From assembly GCA_050633305.1 (NCBI GenBank), contig JBOEGF010000007.1, positions 128,001 to 192,000 of the forward strand: DNA of 64,000 nt. Direction: 5' to 3'. The translations under genes and the position numbers were made by a program. Numbering within the stretch: position 1 is the stretch's first letter; the number at the start of each line of letters is the position of its first letter. This document shows, in pieces, positions 9,191-19,200 of this stretch. The notes below the pieces were generated by a model. It was not told the origin of the DNA. It saw only the letters and a list, made by a program, of their open reading frames with translations, and did not search any database. The DNA is from Nannocystales bacterium (GTDB taxonomy: Bacteria > Myxococcota_A > Polyangia > Nannocystales > Nannocystaceae).

Positions 9191-9943
9191 CTACGAGTTG
9201 TCGCGGTCGAATGTCGTCCATTGGCCCGCGATTCGGCGCTGGTGCGGGAGGAAGCGGGCCTTGTAGGACATCGAGGCGCAGTCGCGAATGTAGAGCCCGA
9301 GATAGACGTGCCGCAGGCCCCATTGGCGGGCGAGCTCCACCTGGGTCAGGATCGAGAACGTGCCCAACCCAAGGTCTGGGAGGTCGGGGTCGAAGTAGCA
9401 ATACACCGCGGAGAGGGCGTCGTCGCTTCGGTCGGTGATCGCCACCCCGACGAGTCGCCCTTGGTGTGTGTACCGAACCTCGAACGTGTCACAGCACGAC
9501 TCTCCCAGAAAAGCTCGATAGCCATCGAGGTCGATCTCCGACTCGCCAACGGCCAAGTCGCGGCCGTGCTTGTGCTGGTTGTACAGCTCGACCTTCTCTT
9601 GCGTGGGTTCGAGGGGGCCGACCGAGGCTTGTACGACACTGCTCGTCTTTCGGAAGGTCTTTCGCTGGGTACGGCCGGGACGGAACGCGTCTACGCGGAT
9701 ACGAATCGGCTCGCATGCTTGGCAGTCCGGGCACGCGGTCCGGTACAGAAGCAGGCCTTGCCGTCGGTCGCCTTCGTTGAGCCGCAGGTCGAACTCGCTG
9801 CGACGAAGAGCCCGGATCGGAAGCCGCAGAGGGAGTCGTGCTGTGGCGTCTTGGAGGTAGGGGCAGGGGGATGTTGCGTCGTGCACCAACAGCTCCGGCG
9901 GAGTGCCGGGCAGGAGGCGGTGTGGAGACGACGGTGCAGACAC
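9191..9943 (-). CDS. ate: Ate/Bpt family aminoacyl-tRNA-protein transferase
   Basis: SPCPYL, GDRRQG..LYRTACPDCQACEPIRI, LSAVYCYFDPD, LGTFSIL, YLGLYI..CASMSYKARF. Start approximate. Confidence 0.9.
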   Translation of the reverse strand: MSAPSSPHRLLPGTPPELLVHDATSPCPYLQDATARLPLRLPIRALRRSEFDLRLNEGDRRQGLLLYRTACPDCQACEPIRIRVDAFRPGRTQRKTFRKTSSVVQASVGPLEPTQEKVELYNQHKHGRDLAVGESEIDLDGYRAFLGESCCDTFEVRYTHQGRLVGVAITDRSDDALSAVYCYFDPDLPDLGLGTFSILTQVELARQWGLRHVYLGLYIRDCASMSYKARFLPHQRRIAGQWTTFDRDNS

Positions 9944-10153
9944 CCCATCAAGGATGACGCGGCGAAGCGGAGTCGTCCAACCCCGGGCAGCGCGAACGCG
10001 CAAAATCGGCGCGGACGAACGCGCGCTTTATTGCGTTTGTCATGACCAGCGTCACGTAGCGGTGCGTCAGAGCACGTGCAGGGGGTTGGGGTGCGCGGTA
10101 GGTTTCCGGGCCTTGGGTGCCCGCTGTGGGCGCCGAAACGAGGAAGAATCCGC

Positions 10154-11575
10154 ATGAGCGCCACGACGTCCACGCCGCCCTCTGACAAGCCCCAGAAGAA
10201 AGCCAAGAAGAAAAAAGGAGCCGTCGCTGACCGTCGGTTGCCGCGTCCGCCGAGAGTCCCTGGCGGTCTGCCCCTTCTTGGACACGCCCTCGACATGCGC
10301 CGCAACCCCGTGGACCTGTTCCAACGGGGCCGCGACCTGTTCGGGGATGTCTTCTCGATCGGCCTTCCGGGGACGACCGGCGTCATGATGAGCGGCCCCA
10401 AAGCTCAGCAGAAGTTCTTCCGCATGAAGGACACCGACGTCGACCTGCGGGAGACCTACAAGCTGATGACGCCGATCTTCGGCAAGGGCATCGCCTACGA
10501 CGCGGAGCCTGAGATCATGAAGGAGCAACTGGCGTTCTTTCATGACGCGCTGCGCGAACACCGGCTGAGGAGTTATGCGCAGGGCTTCGTCGAGGAAGCC
10601 GAGGACTTCTTCGGCAAGTGGGGTGACGAGGGGGAGGTCGATCTCTACGAGGTCGGCAACCAGCTGACGATCTACACGTCGAGTCGATCCTTGCTCGGCC
10701 CCAAGTTCCGCGCCGAGCTCTCTGATGAGTTCGCCAAGCTCTACTACGACATGGAAGGCGGTCTGAGCCTGCTGGCTTTCTTCGCGCCCAACATGCCGAT
10801 GGTGCCCTCGTTCAAGAAGCGGGATGAGGCGCGAGCGCGGCTTGGCGAGCTCATCGCCAACATCGTCCGGGAGCGTCGAGCGAAGAACGACAACTCCTCG
10901 GAGGACTTCCTCCAGACACTGATGGATGCCCGCTACAAGGACGGGCGCGAGCTGACCGAGGATGAGATGACCGGTCTGCTGTTGGCCATCATGTTCGCCG
11001 GACACCACACCAGTGGCGTCACCGTGGCGTGGACGGGCATCCTGCTCAACCAGAACCCCGAGTGGATTGGCAAGCTCCGGGCGGAGCAGGACAGCGTCCT
11101 TGGTGGTCGTACCGACCTGACGCTCGACGACCTCAAGTCGATGACCCAACTCGAGTGGTGCATCAAGGAGACGCTCCGAATGTATCCGCCGATCATCGTC
11201 ATGATGCGGCGGGTGCTCAAGGCGTTCGACCACGCCGGGTATCACATCGAGGAGGGGTCGATGATCATGACTTCGCCCGCGATGGCGCATCGCATTCCCG
11301 AGGTGTTCCCCAACCCCAACAAGTTCGACCCCGAGCGCTGGAGTCCGGAGCGGGACGCCGACAAGAAGGACCCGATGTCGTGGATCGCGTTCGGCGGTGG
11401 CCGGCATCGCTGCTTGGGCATCGTGTTCGCCCAACTCCAGCTCCGAGCCGTTTGGAGCCACTTGCTACGGAACTTTGATTTTGAGCTGGTCGAGTCCCGT
11501 TACGAGCCCGACTACTCGCGTCTGCTCGTCGGTCCGCGCCTTCCGTGCCGGGTCCGATACACGCGTCGGAAGTAG
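10154..11575 (+). CDS. cyp51: Cytochrome P450, CYP51 family (sterol 14-alpha-demethylase-like)
   Basis: YKLMTPIFGKGIAYDA and MFAGHHTS match CYP51 signatures; ETLR; FGGGRHRCLG heme-ligand motif. Confidence 0.88.
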   Translation: MSATTSTPPSDKPQKKAKKKKGAVADRRLPRPPRVPGGLPLLGHALDMRRNPVDLFQRGRDLFGDVFSIGLPGTTGVMMSGPKAQQKFFRMKDTDVDLRETYKLMTPIFGKGIAYDAEPEIMKEQLAFFHDALREHRLRSYAQGFVEEAEDFFGKWGDEGEVDLYEVGNQLTIYTSSRSLLGPKFRAELSDEFAKLYYDMEGGLSLLAFFAPNMPMVPSFKKRDEARARLGELIANIVRERRAKNDNSSEDFLQTLMDARYKDGRELTEDEMTGLLLAIMFAGHHTSGVTVAWTGILLNQNPEWIGKLRAEQDSVLGGRTDLTLDDLKSMTQLEWCIKETLRMYPPIIVMMRRVLKAFDHAGYHIEEGSMIMTSPAMAHRIPEVFPNPNKFDPERWSPERDADKKDPMSWIAFGGGRHRCLGIVFAQLQLRAVWSHLLRNFDFELVESRYEPDYSRLLVGPRLPCRVRYTRRK

Positions 11576-11590
11576 ACTCCTACAACGACG

Positions 11591-11625
11591 AAGAAGCCCC
11601 GCAGTTGTGACTGCGGGGCTTTCTT
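11591..11625 (+). terminator. Intrinsic terminator after cyp51
   Basis: aagccccgcag/ctgcggggctt stem followed by T-rich tail. Confidence 0.7.
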
Positions 11626-11655
11626 CGTGGTTGCTGGACCCACAATGGGCCCAAA

Positions 11656-11690
11656 GAAAAAGGCCCGGGCGCTTGCGCGTCCGGGCCTTT
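11656..11690 (-). terminator. Intrinsic terminator for the convergent TSP3 lipoprotein gene
   Basis: aaaggcccgg/ccgggccttt stem; the A-run on + gives a U-tail on the minus strand. Confidence 0.65.
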
Positions 11691-11726
11691 CGCAGGGGGC
11701 TTCGAGAGCCCTCTGTTCAGGTGGCG

Positions 11727-14700
11727 TCAGCCGCCGGTCGTGCCACCCTCACCGCCGCCGGAGGAGGAGCCTCCCATGCCGTCGGTGTCGTCGCCGCCGC
11801 CGTTCATCTCGTCCAACTCGCAGATGTTGTCGGGGAGGAAGTCACCGTTGCAAGCGGCGCCATCGGTGGGCCACAGGCGGCCGTTGGCGTCGACGTACTC
11901 GGCGTCGGTCGGGTCGAAGGCGAAGGGGCACTTGTCGCATCGGTCGCCGATGCCGTCGTAGTCCTGGTCGACCTGCGGAAGGAAGCAGATGTTCTGCCAC
12001 AAGGCGTCCAGTGGGTTGCTCTGGTCCGCAAAACTGAGATCCGTCAGCGGGTTGCGGAGGTTCTCGAGCGCCGACACGCCGGCGTCTTCCAGGGCGACGT
12101 CGCATCCCGGGGGCGGGACGAGGATGCCGGGTTGGGTTTCAAGCGCGACCGGAAGCGACCGACACTCGAATGCCTCTTCTTGTGCTTCGCTGCAGTTCTC
12201 GCGGGTCCGAATCGGAAGCGCGAGAATCAGGTTCCCGTCCGCATCGCGGGCGTTGGGAAGCTCGGGGTGCGGCGCCGTGAGCGGCTGGCACGTGGAGAGG
12301 TCGGCCGGGTCGGTGCAGGTTCCGGCGATGAGAAGGTCGCCGACCGAGAGCACGTCGCCCGAGGCGGCGGCCGTCGTGACGGCCGTTTCGTCCGCCGCGA
12401 CGAGCTGCGTGGTGCAACAGTTGCCCAGCGCAGCGACCGGGTAGAACCCGAAGGGCCGCGCGTTCTTGCGATCTCCGCAGCCCTTGTCGGCACCGACTTC
12501 GCAAGCCTCGCCGACAAAGTCTCCGTCCGGGTCGTCGTCCTGCGAGCCACCTTCCATGGCCTGGTTCGGGTTCGGCTGGAATGCACAGGTGTCACACGCG
12601 TTGCCGATTCCGTCGTTGTCGCTGTCGAGGTGGTTGCAGAACCCGGTGTTGGAGCAGGGCCGGCCCTCGCCGCACACGGTCTCGGCGTTTTCGTCGGTGC
12701 ATTCGACAGGTTCCCCTGCGAGCGGCTGACGCGGGCAACCGTCGACCAAGTTGCTCAGCCCGTCTTGGTCGAAGTCGTCGTCGTCGCCGAAGCCGATCGG
12801 GCCGGCTGCGAACGCGTTGACCATCTGGCCTTCACACGCATCGCCGATCATCGAGCTGTTGTCGTCTCCCTGACAGAGGTCGTTGTCGTCGTAGGCGATT
12901 GGGCCTGCGACCTCGTACTCGTTGTCCGGACCGAAGTCCTCGCAGTTCGGTGTGACGACGCAGTTGTCACAAACGTCGCCGATTCCGTCTTCGTCGACAT
13001 CGTTTTGGTCCGGCACGTTCCGAACCATCATGTAGTCGGGAACGGACGCGGCGACTGCGTTCGCGTTGTACTGGTTCAGCGTCTGCCGACAGCTGTCGCA
13101 CTCGTTGCCGACGCCGTCGTTGTCGGAGTCGGCGGTGTTGTTGGGGTCGCCGCCGGCTGCTGGACAAAGGTCGATCGCATCACCCACGCCGTCGCCATCG
13201 ATGTCGGCCTGGTCGGGGTTGAACGTCTCGTCCGCGTTGTCGCAGGACAACGGGATACCGTCGTTGTCCTTGTCCTCTTTGCACTTCGGCGTGTCGATCC
13301 GGAAGTCGTAGACATACGAATCGGCGTTCTCAGCGACGAGCGGCATGCCGCAGGCGTCCCAGAACACTGCTTGGTACAGGTCGGGGTCGTTCTGGGTATC
13401 GGCAAGGCTGCCCGCGGTGGGGGCGAGCATCCGGTAGACCTCGTTCACCTCGAGGTACTGGCCGAACTCGACGGGGTCGATTTGGACGCTGACCTCACCA
13501 ATGAACTGGTTCTCGATGTCGATGGTCAAGCACGGAGCAGCGCAAGCGTTGCTCTGCAGAGCGACCTCGAGCTCCGCCTCAGTCTCGTAGCAGGTGGCAC
13601 CACCGGCGACGGGGGACGTGACACAGCAGGCGCCCGGAGGCGGGTTCGCGGAGTCACAGTCGGGGTCAGGCGAGGTGAGCTCGCAGACGCGGTCGTTGCC
13701 CTCGCCCGTACAGGACGTGCGGAACAACTGCAGCTTGGACATGTTCTCCGGGCTGGCGTCATACTTGTTGGAGAAGCGCAGCGAGAAGTCGTCGCAGGCT
13801 CCGATACGGAGGTTGTCCGTGGGGAAACCGGATTCCGGCTGCACGTGGAACTGCGCGGTCTCGAACCTGTAGACCGACTTGCCGACCAGCGTGTTGTCCG
13901 CCTTGTCGATGACGTAGGCGGGGTTGTCGGTGCCGGGCTCGTTGAACGTGACCGTGTACTCCTGACCGGAGCACATGGCGCGGTCGAAGTCCTCGAAGTT
14001 CTCCGGGGTGAAGGTGTCGGCCGAGCGCCATCCGTCGTGGCGGTTGAGCGGAGCCACCAGGCGGTCGGTGTTGTTCTCGGCGCAGTTCTCGATGTCGGCT
14101 CGGGGCACCCCGCCGACGTCGGCAGGCCGCCAGTCGAAGCCTTTGATCGCGGGGTCGTAGACGATGCCACCGACACGCGAGACGAACTTGACCGCGTACT
14201 CCCCGGCGCGGCCGTCGACGAGCTCTCCCTCGGAGTTGTAGCAACCGCTTCGCACTGCGTCCTCGCAAGCGGAGTCAACCGCGTTGACACCGTCTTCGAC
14301 GTCGTCGTTGCTGGGGCAGATGCAGCCACGTGCGGGCGCGGGCAGGTTCTCGTCGCGCTCGTAGAGGGGCTTGGGAACGAGGTTGCCCTGGTAGTACGGG
14401 TCACAGGCGAACCCGTCTTGGCCGGCCTGGCTGGGCCCGTAGATCGACCCCTGGCAAGCTTCCTCGGCCGTCAAGCGCCCGTTTTCGTTCCAATCGGCGA
14501 AGGCGAGTTCCGAGCCCCCGCGGCGCTGGACACAGCCGGCTCCTTCTTCGTCGCAGTCCGTGAGGCCAGCACCGCCGACGCCGCCAGGACCGTATTCGCC
14601 GCTGGTGATTTCGTCGGTCGTGACCAGACATGCGGACGAGCCCAAAGTGCCGAACCGTCGGTCTTGGCAGTATGCCACATCGGCGCCCGTGGTGGTCTCG

Positions 14701-16010
14701 TCGAAGACACAGGTCGCCATCCACTGCGGGCGGCAGACGGCGTTGTCGCAGCTGTCGGCGTCACCTTCTGCGTACGCGTCGGCGAGGCAGGCGGCTCCGG
14801 TCCCAGAGTGGGTTCCGACACACTCGGTGCCGGTCAGGCCGTGGACGTCGCTGCACTGCGAAGTGGCCGTGCACTTGGAGGTGAGGTTCTCCAGGTTTGC
14901 GGGCCGCAGATCTGGGTGTGTCTCGCGGAGTTTGTCGAAGAGCGGGATGCTGTACTCGACGGGGTCTTGGGCCTGGCACTCGGGGGTGGTCGGGTCGCAG
15001 AACTTGTAGCTCCACTTCTGCTCTTCGTCGCTGCGGTCGGTCGAAGCGATGAAGCCGGAGCACGCGGCGTACTTGTCGATCGCCGAGCCAGCGTTCGTCT
15101 CATCGCCGCACTGGATGGCGTCGACGAAGCCGTCGACCCCTGGGTTCGCGTTGCGGGGGACGCCCGCTTCATCGACACCGTAGCGGTCGACCTTGGTCGA
15201 GAGCAGGTAGTCACAGTAGGAGCAACAGGTGTCGGGGCCTTCCTCGGGGGAGGAGCAGCTGTTGCCTGCTGCCGTCCAGATGCCTCGAGCGGCCTTGATC
15301 GTCCCACTCTCGGCCATCTTCATGGGCAAGTTGGTGGCCGGGTTGAAGGCGTTGCACGGGTTCGTGGACGGGTCCTGGTAGGACTCGTGGCTGAAGCTGC
15401 CGCCGTTGGCGTTGACGTTCTCAATGCACGACAGGTTGACCAGTCGGGTGATCGTGTCGGCCTCTTCGCGGCCGCCGCGGACGTAGTCGCCGTTGAACCG
15501 CGTGATCGGACCCTGGACCTGAAGAACGTCGGTCTTCCAGTCGTAGACCTCGAAGAGCTGAGGGTTGTCGGGTCGCTTGCGAACGAGCTCGATGGACGTC
15601 GGGTCGAGCAGGTTGTTGAAGATGAACTCGATGCCGAACGCGGTGACGAGCGGGGAGAGCCGGCAGTACTCCTGTGCGTTGGCGGACTCCTGGGCTTCCT
15701 CGGTCTCCTCGCAGGGGATGATCTCCTCAATGAAGTACGTCCCCGAGCTCAGAGGCGATGGACAAGCGTCGCCCTCGCAGGTCGGGTTGAGGATATGGAC
15801 CTTGTTGGACTGGTAGTTGATGCCCGAGATGGACTCGAGGATCAGGTTGTCCGGGTCGCAGATTCCGCAGTCCGTGTCCTGGATGCAGCCGGTGGAGCCC
15901 AGCGCGAGCGTGGCGAGACCCGCGAGCGCGAGCGAACTCGCAGCTGTGGACGCGAGGCGGCGGAAGCCGGCGAGCTCGCTGCGATTTGGCGAAAGACGAT
16001 GAGTAGTCAT
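11727..16010 (-). CDS. Giant Cys-rich lipoprotein with thrombospondin type-3 repeats (paralog A)
   Basis: 1427 aa; hydrophobic signal with lipobox-like STGC; repeated DxDxDGxGDxCD motifs in the C-terminal third; codon bias fits this strand. Confidence 0.88.
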   Translation of the reverse strand: MTTHRLSPNRSELAGFRRLASTAASSLALAGLATLALGSTGCIQDTDCGICDPDNLILESISGINYQSNKVHILNPTCEGDACPSPLSSGTYFIEEIIPCEETEEAQESANAQEYCRLSPLVTAFGIEFIFNNLLDPTSIELVRKRPDNPQLFEVYDWKTDVLQVQGPITRFNGDYVRGGREEADTITRLVNLSCIENVNANGGSFSHESYQDPSTNPCNAFNPATNLPMKMAESGTIKAARGIWTAAGNSCSSPEEGPDTCCSYCDYLLSTKVDRYGVDEAGVPRNANPGVDGFVDAIQCGDETNAGSAIDKYAACSGFIASTDRSDEEQKWSYKFCDPTTPECQAQDPVEYSIPLFDKLRETHPDLRPANLENLTSKCTATSQCSDVHGLTGTECVGTHSGTGAACLADAYAEGDADSCDNAVCRPQWMATCVFDETTTGADVAYCQDRRFGTLGSSACLVTTDEITSGEYGPGGVGGAGLTDCDEEGAGCVQRRGGSELAFADWNENGRLTAEEACQGSIYGPSQAGQDGFACDPYYQGNLVPKPLYERDENLPAPARGCICPSNDDVEDGVNAVDSACEDAVRSGCYNSEGELVDGRAGEYAVKFVSRVGGIVYDPAIKGFDWRPADVGGVPRADIENCAENNTDRLVAPLNRHDGWRSADTFTPENFEDFDRAMCSGQEYTVTFNEPGTDNPAYVIDKADNTLVGKSVYRFETAQFHVQPESGFPTDNLRIGACDDFSLRFSNKYDASPENMSKLQLFRTSCTGEGNDRVCELTSPDPDCDSANPPPGACCVTSPVAGGATCYETEAELEVALQSNACAAPCLTIDIENQFIGEVSVQIDPVEFGQYLEVNEVYRMLAPTAGSLADTQNDPDLYQAVFWDACGMPLVAENADSYVYDFRIDTPKCKEDKDNDGIPLSCDNADETFNPDQADIDGDGVGDAIDLCPAAGGDPNNTADSDNDGVGNECDSCRQTLNQYNANAVAASVPDYMMVRNVPDQNDVDEDGIGDVCDNCVVTPNCEDFGPDNEYEVAGPIAYDDNDLCQGDDNSSMIGDACEGQMVNAFAAGPIGFGDDDDFDQDGLSNLVDGCPRQPLAGEPVECTDENAETVCGEGRPCSNTGFCNHLDSDNDGIGNACDTCAFQPNPNQAMEGGSQDDDPDGDFVGEACEVGADKGCGDRKNARPFGFYPVAALGNCCTTQLVAADETAVTTAAASGDVLSVGDLLIAGTCTDPADLSTCQPLTAPHPELPNARDADGNLILALPIRTRENCSEAQEEAFECRSLPVALETQPGILVPPPGCDVALEDAGVSALENLRNPLTDLSFADQSNPLDALWQNICFLPQVDQDYDGIGDRCDKCPFAFDPTDAEYVDANGRLWPTDGAACNGDFLPDNICELDEMNGGGDDTDGMGGSSSGGGEGGTTGG

Positions 16011-16259
16011 GAACCGTGTGCCCGTGTGTGCTTTTGGCCGTTACCCGATAGCCTAGGCGGGCCGTACCCTACATAGAACCCGCCGCTTTCGGAAGACCTT
16101 TTGGTCCCATAGGTAGGACACCCAGATTCGGCGCCTAGGGCGGCGAGACGGGTCTGCAGGGGGCTTTGTGGTTCATCGACCGGTCGCCGGGGAACCCCAT
16201 CGGGGGCCCGGACGCGTGAAGCGACCGGGCCCGGGCGTGAGGAAGCCCTGGAGGCGAGA

Positions 16260-19200
16260 TCATCCGCCGGTTGTGCCACTCCCTGTCGATCCCCCCATGC
16301 CGTCCGTGTCACCGGGGTCATCGGTCTCACCATCGTCGCTGTCCTCGCGGAGTTCGCAGACCTCGTCGGGCCGAAGTCCGCCGTTGCATGCGGCGCCGAA
16401 GCTGGGGTCCAGGACTCCGTTGGCGTCACGATAGGGGCGATCGAGAGGGTCGAAGGCAAACCGGCACTTGTCGCAGGAGTCGGCGATGCCGTCGTAGTCC
16501 TGGTCGACTTGAGGCAGGAAACACATGTTCCGCCACAGGGAATCGAGCGGGTTGTTGTCTGCCGCGAAGTCTCGGTCGGTGAGGGGCTGCGTCAGGTTCT
16601 CGAGCGCCGTGATTTCGGCGTCCGCGAGGGCGGCCTCGCATCCCGGAGGCGGGGTGAGGACGCCATGCGTGGTCTCGAGTTCAACCGGGAGCGAGAAGCA
16701 CAGGAGTGCTTCTTCCTGTTCCTCTGTGCAGTTTGCTCGGGTTCGCACGGGGAGGTCCAGGAGCGGGTTGCCCTCGGCGTCCTCGAAAAACTGGCCCTGG
16801 TCATCGAAGGGGATCCCGGTCAACGGCGTGCAGGTTGTGAGGTCTGCCGGGTCCGAGCACGTGCCGGTGAGCAGAAGGTCTCCGACCGCCAAGGTCCCAC
16901 CGTCTTCCGCCGACGCGGTTGCCGCCGCCTCATCGGCCTCGATCAGCTGCGTGGTGCAACAGCTTCCCCCAGCGCTCACGCGGTGAAAGCCGAACGGCCG
17001 CGCGTTGGCCCGGTCTCCACAGCCCTTCGCGGCACCGAGTTCGCAGAAGTCGCCCACGAAGTCGCCATCGGGGTCGTCTTCTTGGGAGCCCCCCTCCAGC
17101 AGCTGTTTGGGGTTGGGCCTGAACGCACACGTGTCGCATCGGTCTCCGACATCATCGTTGTCGGTGTCGAGGTGGTTGCAGAAACCGGCAGACGAACAAG
17201 GGCGATTCGGGCCGCAGTCGAGTTCCTCCGTCTCGGAGTCGCAGGCGATCAGGGCTTCGGAGAGCGGTTGCCTGGGGCAGAGGTCCTCGATGTTGGGGAG
17301 CCCGTCTTGGTCGAAGTCGTCCTGATCCTCGAAGCCGACCGGGCCAGCGGCGAACGCGTTGACCGTCATGCCTTCGCAGGCCTCGCCGACCATGCTGTTC
17401 TCCCGCGCGGCCTGACAAATGTCGGTGCTCTCGGGCAGCGCTTCACCGACCTCGTGGGGGTCCTCCTCACCGAAGTCCCCGCAGTTTGCGGTGACGACAC
17501 AGTTGTCGCAGACGTCACCAATACCGTCGTGGTCGGTGTCCGTTTGGTCGGGAATGTTCCGGATCTGGAGGTAGTCCGGGACGGCCGCGGTGATGGCGTT
17601 GGTGTTGTAGAACGTCGTGGTTGAGCGACAGGTGTCGCATTCGTTGCCGACGCCGTCTCGGTCGGAGTCGGCCGTGTCGTCCGCGTGGCCGGGGACGACC
17701 GGGCATAGGTCGTTGAGGCCGAACCCGTCACGGTCGAAGTCCAGGTCGTCCTGGTTCGGGCTGAACCGGGTGTCTCCATCGTTGTCACACGACAGTGGAA
17801 CGCCGTCGCGGTCTTGGTCTTCGACACATTTGGGTTGGTCGATGCGGAAGTCGTAGAAATAGGGATCGGCCATCTCGGAGACCAGCGGCATGCCGCATGC
17901 GTCCCAGAACACGGAGCTGTACACATCTGGGTCTTCGAGCGCCTGCTCCAGCGTCCCCGCCATCGGGGCAAGCATGCGGTAGGTCTCTCTCTCGACGAGG
18001 TAGCGGCCAAACTCGGTCGGGTCGACCTGCACCGCGACTTGTCCGATGTCTTGGTTGGCCACGTTGATCTCCAGGCACGGCGCGGCGCAGGCGTTGCCAG
18101 CGGCTCGCAGCGCAGTGAGCTCCGCGTTGGACTCGGCGCACGCTGGACCACCCGCGACCGGCATGATGTCGCAGCATGCCCCGGCGTCAGGGGTGCCCGT
18201 TGCACACGATGGGTTGGGGGCTGCGGGCTCGCATTCTCGATCGATTCCCTCGCCCACACACTCGACGCGGTAGAGCTGCAGCTTGGACAGGTTCTCGGGG
18301 CTTGCGTCGTACTTGTTGGAGAACCGGAGCGAGAAGTCGACGCATGCGCCGATACGCAGGTTGTCCTTGGGCGTCCCAGACCCCGGGACGACGTGGAACT
18401 GGGCGGTCTCGAACGTGTAGACCGACTTGCCCGCGAGGGTGTTGTCCGCCTTGTCGACGATGTGCGCAGGGTTGTCCTCGTTGCCCGGCTCGTTGAAGAC
18501 GATGTCGTAGGTCTGACCCGAGCACATGGCTGTGTCGAAGTCGTCGAACGTCTCGATCAGACCCGTATCTCGAGCCCGCCAGCCGTCGTGGCGGTTGCGT
18601 GCGCCCAACTGTTGGATCCCTTCGGCGCAGGACTCGATGTCCGCTCTGGGAACCCCACCAAGGTCTGCGGGGCGCCATTCGAAGCCCTTGAGGGCTGGGT
18701 CATAGATGACGCCGCCTGCCCGGGTGCCTGGGGCGGGCGAGGCGAATTTCACCGCATAGCGCCCGGCCCGTTCCTCGACGAGTGACCCGTCCGGGTTGTA
18801 ACAACCCCGCTCCACGGACTGCTCACAGCCGTCCGCTTCGAGGGCATCGCGGTTGAACTCGAGCGAGCCACTGTCGGGGCAGATGCAACGGCGCGCCTGG
18901 TCCGGAAGGTTCGTGTCGCGTTCGAAGAGGGGCAGCGGTTCCAGGTTGCTCTGGTAGTAGGGGTCGCAAGCAAAACCGTCTTCTCCGGCCCGCAACGGTC
19001 CGTACAGCGAGCCCTGGCACGCCTCCTCGGCGGTCAGGTTTCTGTTCTCGTTCCAGTCCGCGAACGCCAGCCGGGACCCCGCGCCACGTTGGCCGCAGCC
19101 GTCTCCATCCGCCGAGCAGTCGGACAAGCCGGCGCCCTGGGGTCCGACGGCACCGTAGGTGTTCTCATCTTCGACGGCGTCGGTCGTCGCCAGACAGGCT

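Noticed and set aside
11397..16076. 1559-aa plus-strand ORF
   Set aside because: Antisense shadow of the TSP3 lipoprotein gene; Val/Gly/Arg-rich with no motifs, as expected from high-GC codon bias.
16050..16140. cctaggcg...cgcctagg inverted repeat upstream of TSP3 paralog A
   Set aside because: Only 8-bp arms far apart with poor internal pairing; could arise by chance in GC-rich DNA.
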